A DNA stretch of 39,468 nucleotides from Candidatus Margulisiibacteriota bacterium. GTDB taxonomy: Bacteria; Margulisbacteria; WOR-1; O2-12-FULL-45-9. The position numbers and the translations under genes are program-made. Under the pieces are notes generated by a model. That model worked only from the letters and a program-made list of their open reading frames with translations, was not told the DNA's origin and searched no databases. Shown here one piece after another: positions 36,916 through 39,468 of the stretch; position 1 is the first letter of the stretch, and each line of letters starts with the position of its first letter. The stretch is taken from positions 1 through 39,468 of the forward strand of contig JAYEOW010000028.1 in NCBI GenBank assembly GCA_034723395.1, written 5' to 3'.

Positions 36916-37931
36916 ATACTTTGTTTGTTACTACGCAGGGCGCCTATTTATCAAAAGAAGGCGAAACGGTGGTAGTTAAGATTGATGGGGAGAAGAAGCT
37001 GCAATTACCGATTATTACGCTTGATGGGATAGCTTGTTTTGGCCAGGTAAGCATGAGCCCATATCTTATGGCGTTTTGCGCGGAAAAGAACGTTGCCGTA
37101 TCTTTTCTTTCCGAGTACGGCAGATATCTTGCCAGCGTTTACGGCAAAATAAAAGGCAATGTGCTTTTGCGAAGGGAGCAATACCGCAAAGCCGACGATC
37201 TTGCTTTTTGCGCGGGAATGGCAAAAACGATGCTTTCGGGGAAATTCGTTAATTGCAGAACAGTGCTTCAGCGAACGTTGAGAGATCACAAAGAAAAAGT
37301 GGGCCAGGATGAAATTAAGTCGGCTTCGCGGAAAATAATTGAAAACATTGGTCAGCTTGATAAATGCGGCGATCTTGAAACGCTGCGCGGCCTGGAAGGG
37401 GATACGGCGCACGCGTATTTCGGGGTGTTCGATCATCTTATTGTGAGGCAGAAGAAACATTTTTCTTTTAGCGAGCGCAATCGCCGGCCGCCGCTGGATA
37501 AAGTCAATTGCTTGCTTTCTTTTATTTATACGCTGATTATGCACGATATTAGATCGGCGCTTGAAACGGTCGGGCTTGATTCTTATGTTGGTTTTTTGCA
37601 CAGGGATAGGCCTGGCCGCGCGGGGCTGGCGCTGGACATGATGGAAGAATTTCGCCCATTTATCGGGGATAGACTGGTTTTATCTTTGATCAACAGGCGC
37701 CAGGTGGATAACAAAGGATTTAAAAAATCAGAATCCGGTGCGGTTGTTATGAAGGACAAAACGCGCAAAATTGTTTTAGAAGCGTATCAGAACAGAAAGC
37801 AGGAAGAGATCGAACATCCTTATCTCAAGGAAACCGTATGTGTTGGGATATTGTTTTATGTGCAGGCTTTGTTGTTGGCACGTTATTTGCGTGGGGATAT
37901 CGATGGCTATCCCGTGTTTGTTTGGAAATAA
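36900..37931 (+). CDS. cas1: Cas1 integrase (I-C)
   Basis: LNTLFVTTQGAYL, LRGLEG, RRPPLD, LALDMMEEFR. Confidence 0.97.
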   Translation: MRKYLNTLFVTTQGAYLSKEGETVVVKIDGEKKLQLPIITLDGIACFGQVSMSPYLMAFCAEKNVAVSFLSEYGRYLASVYGKIKGNVLLRREQYRKADDLAFCAGMAKTMLSGKFVNCRTVLQRTLRDHKEKVGQDEIKSASRKIIENIGQLDKCGDLETLRGLEGDTAHAYFGVFDHLIVRQKKHFSFSERNRRPPLDKVNCLLSFIYTLIMHDIRSALETVGLDSYVGFLHRDRPGRAGLALDMMEEFRPFIGDRLVLSLINRRQVDNKGFKKSESGAVVMKDKTRKIVLEAYQNRKQEEIEHPYLKETVCVGILFYVQALLLARYLRGDIDGYPVFVWK

Positions 37932-37949
37932 TTCGGTGGGGTTAAATCA

Positions 37950-38240
37950 ATGATGGTTTTAGTAAGTTATGATGTGAAAACATCGTCAAAAGGCGGGCCA
38001 AGACGCCTTAGTCGTGTGGCCAAAGAATGCAAAAATTATGGGATGCGAGTTCAGTATTCCGTGTTTGAGTGTAAGGTCGATCCGGCGCAGTGGGTTGTGC
38101 TAAGGAAGAAATTTATTGATATTATCGATGAAAAAAAAGATAGCCTTAGATTTTATTTTTTGGGTTCGAATTGGCAAAAAAGAGTGGAGCAGATCGGCGC
38201 AAAACGGGCGGTTGATACCGAAGGGACCTTGATAATCTAA
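37950..38240 (+). CDS. cas2: Cas2
   Basis: VLVSYDV, RVQYSVFEC, DSLRFYFLG. Confidence 0.97.
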   Translation: MMVLVSYDVKTSSKGGPRRLSRVAKECKNYGMRVQYSVFECKVDPAQWVVLRKKFIDIIDEKKDSLRFYFLGSNWQKRVEQIGAKRAVDTEGTLII

Positions 38241-38411
38241 TAATTTGCGAACGGATAGCTAACGATGAGCGAGAAGGACGTTCGCACTAATCATAATAGG
38301 CGCGAAAAATGTTTTTGTTAAGGGAAAAATGCTGTAATGATGTATTTCCGAATACGATTGTAAGATCATTTGGGAGATTAATTGTTTTTAATTTTCTCCT
38401 CTTAAATGACA
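38241..38411 (+). promoter_or_regulatory. CRISPR leader with inverted repeat
   Basis: AT-rich non-coding region between cas2 and repeat 1; TGCGAACG (38246-38253) / CGTTCGCA (38279-38286). Confidence 0.75.
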
Positions 38412-39042
38412 GTCGCTCCCTGCGCGGGAGCGTGGATTGAAACTAATCCTAAATCCATTCCCCCACAACCTGAAAAACGTCGCTCCCTGCGCGGGAGCGT
38501 GGATTGAAACCCGGTAAAGAAGTAACAATTGATGGTGTGGTTTAGTCGCTCCCTGCGCGGGAGCGTGGATTGAAACTAAATATCGCATAGCTAATTTTCT
38601 GATCAACTCGGGTCGCTCCCTGCGCGGGAGCGTGGATTGAAACTTGAGAGATAGTGCAAAGAAATTATAGGAGGATTGTCGCTCCCTGCGCGGGAGCGTG
38701 GATTGAAACTTTGAAGGGAAGCGATAAGCCTGATAGTTTACGGTCGCTCCCTGCGCGGGAGCGTGGATTGAAACATTGATGTTAGCTGGCGCTCCTATTC
38801 AGCCTCACGGTCGCTCCCTGCGCGGGAGCGTGGATTGAAACGTAACGGCAATGGATTTAAGTGTTTCATATAATCCTGTCGCTCCCTGCGCGGGAGCGTG
38901 GATTGAAACAATCCGGGGGCTGTGCTTCTTTAACGACCACCCCCGTCGCTCCCTGCGCGGGAGCGTGGATTGAAACACGTGATAATAAGTGTGTTAGCCA
39001 ACAAGGATTAGTCGCTCCCTGTGCGGGAGCGTGGATTGAAAC
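38412..39042 (+). CRISPR. Type I-C CRISPR array: 10 repeats of 32 nt, 9 spacers of 33-36 nt
   Basis: GTCGCTCCCTGCGCGGGAGCGTGGATTGAAAC at 38412, 38479, 38545, 38612, 38678, 38743, 38810, 38878, 38945 and 39011 (last copy has one C>T change). Confidence 0.99.
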
Positions 39043-39118
39043 CATCTGCCATTCCCTCTATTTTTCAGTATAATTTCACCTAATAAATCCTGTTCCGGTC
39101 GCTTCCCATCCATGGCTG

Positions 39119-39259
39119 GCCCCGAGCTCCGTCGAGGGGCTTGTCCTGAGAGAGCGCAGCGAATCGAAGGGCTTTTCCTGTCAATGGATTAGGTCCATAA
39201 GCCCCGGTTGCCATCCCCTCTCTTAATCCCTCGCCAAGCTTGGGACGAGCAAGAGAGGG
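39119..39259. repeat. Cluster of REP-like palindromes downstream of the array
   Basis: GCCCCGAGCTCCGTCGAGGGGC (39119), GTCCTGAG...ATCGAAGGGC (39143), and TCCCTCGCCAAGCTTGGGACGAGC (39227) nested in CCCTCTCTT/AAGAGAGGG. Confidence 0.7.
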
Positions 39260-39348
39260 AGGGGTGAGTTGTGTGGTATAATTTGAATATGCCGACTTTT
39301 ACCTGAGCCATATTGAGGGCTGCTCGCAAGAAGGAGCTGAAAAGCAGG

Positions 39349-39468
39349 ATGAAAAAAATCAGTAAAATTAAGGTCCAAGGGTTGGAAATTGTTACTTTTG
39401 AAAAGAACGCCCTGGATTTTATTTCCCTGACCGATATTGCCAGATACCGGGGTGTCGCCGAAAGTGAC
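39349..39468 (+). CDS. KilA-N domain protein, 5' part (runs off the window)
   Basis: Manual translation MKKISKIKVQGLEIVTFEKNALDFISLTDIARYR...; D(F/Y)ISLTDIAR is typical of bacterial KilA-N proteins. Confidence 0.7.
   Translation, partial: MKKISKIKVQGLEIVTFEKNALDFISLTDIARYRGVAESD

Noticed and set aside
33033..37601. Minus-strand ORFs of about 200-250 aa over the cas genes (possible anti-CRISPRs)
   Set aside because: Antisense shadows of well-supported cas genes
30677..38240. Novel CRISPR subtype or missing cas6
   Set aside because: Gene order cas3-5-8c-7-4-1-2 and the repeat are standard I-C, where Cas5c processes crRNA
38388..39073. ORFs of 70-72 aa across the array
   Set aside because: Translations of CRISPR repeats and spacers
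39043..39107. Tenth spacer plus eleventh repeat
   Set aside because: Only about 10 nt resemble the repeat and the gap is 55 nt versus 33-36 nt; not counted in the array

Overview
Bacterial chromosomal window, probably from an uncultured anaerobe. A Saganbacteria/Margulisbacteria-like affinity is only my impression and needs a 16S search. Left to right it holds: a secreted orphan gene, a Fic gene, a stand-alone 16S rRNA gene (own promoter and terminator, no tRNA or 23S), an M23 peptidase, a ThiD2-like gene, a 728-aa orphan, leuB/leuD/leuC with a nucleotidyltransferase two-gene module between leuC and leuD, rlmN, a lipoprotein and thiC. Next is a nine-gene type II fatty-acid/lipid cluster (acyl-CoA dehydrogenase, FabA, FabH, FabZ, ACP, FabB/F, two PlsC-like acyltransferases, AcpS), then a GNAT-like orphan and a housekeeping run (thiL, M20 peptidase, nudF, xerD, M50 protease, folC). 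The right end is a defence island: PIF1-WYL helicase, RhuM, a truncated restriction-enzyme stub, a complete type I-C CRISPR-Cas system (10 repeats, 9 spacers) and the start of a KilA-N gene. Most interesting signals: (1) the lipid cluster has a non-canonical K-S-T ACP paired with an AcpS carrying the apparent reciprocal charge change, and an acyl-CoA dehydrogenase but no FabG or enoyl reductase; (2) a ~24-nt REP-like palindrome family and heptamer tracts are inserted in frame into housekeeping proteins and into the 16S processing stem; (3) the defence island modules reuse the same promoter/start cassette; (4) several genes look leaderless and two orphans share a sigma28-like motif. All product calls come from motif recognition by eye; no database searches were run.
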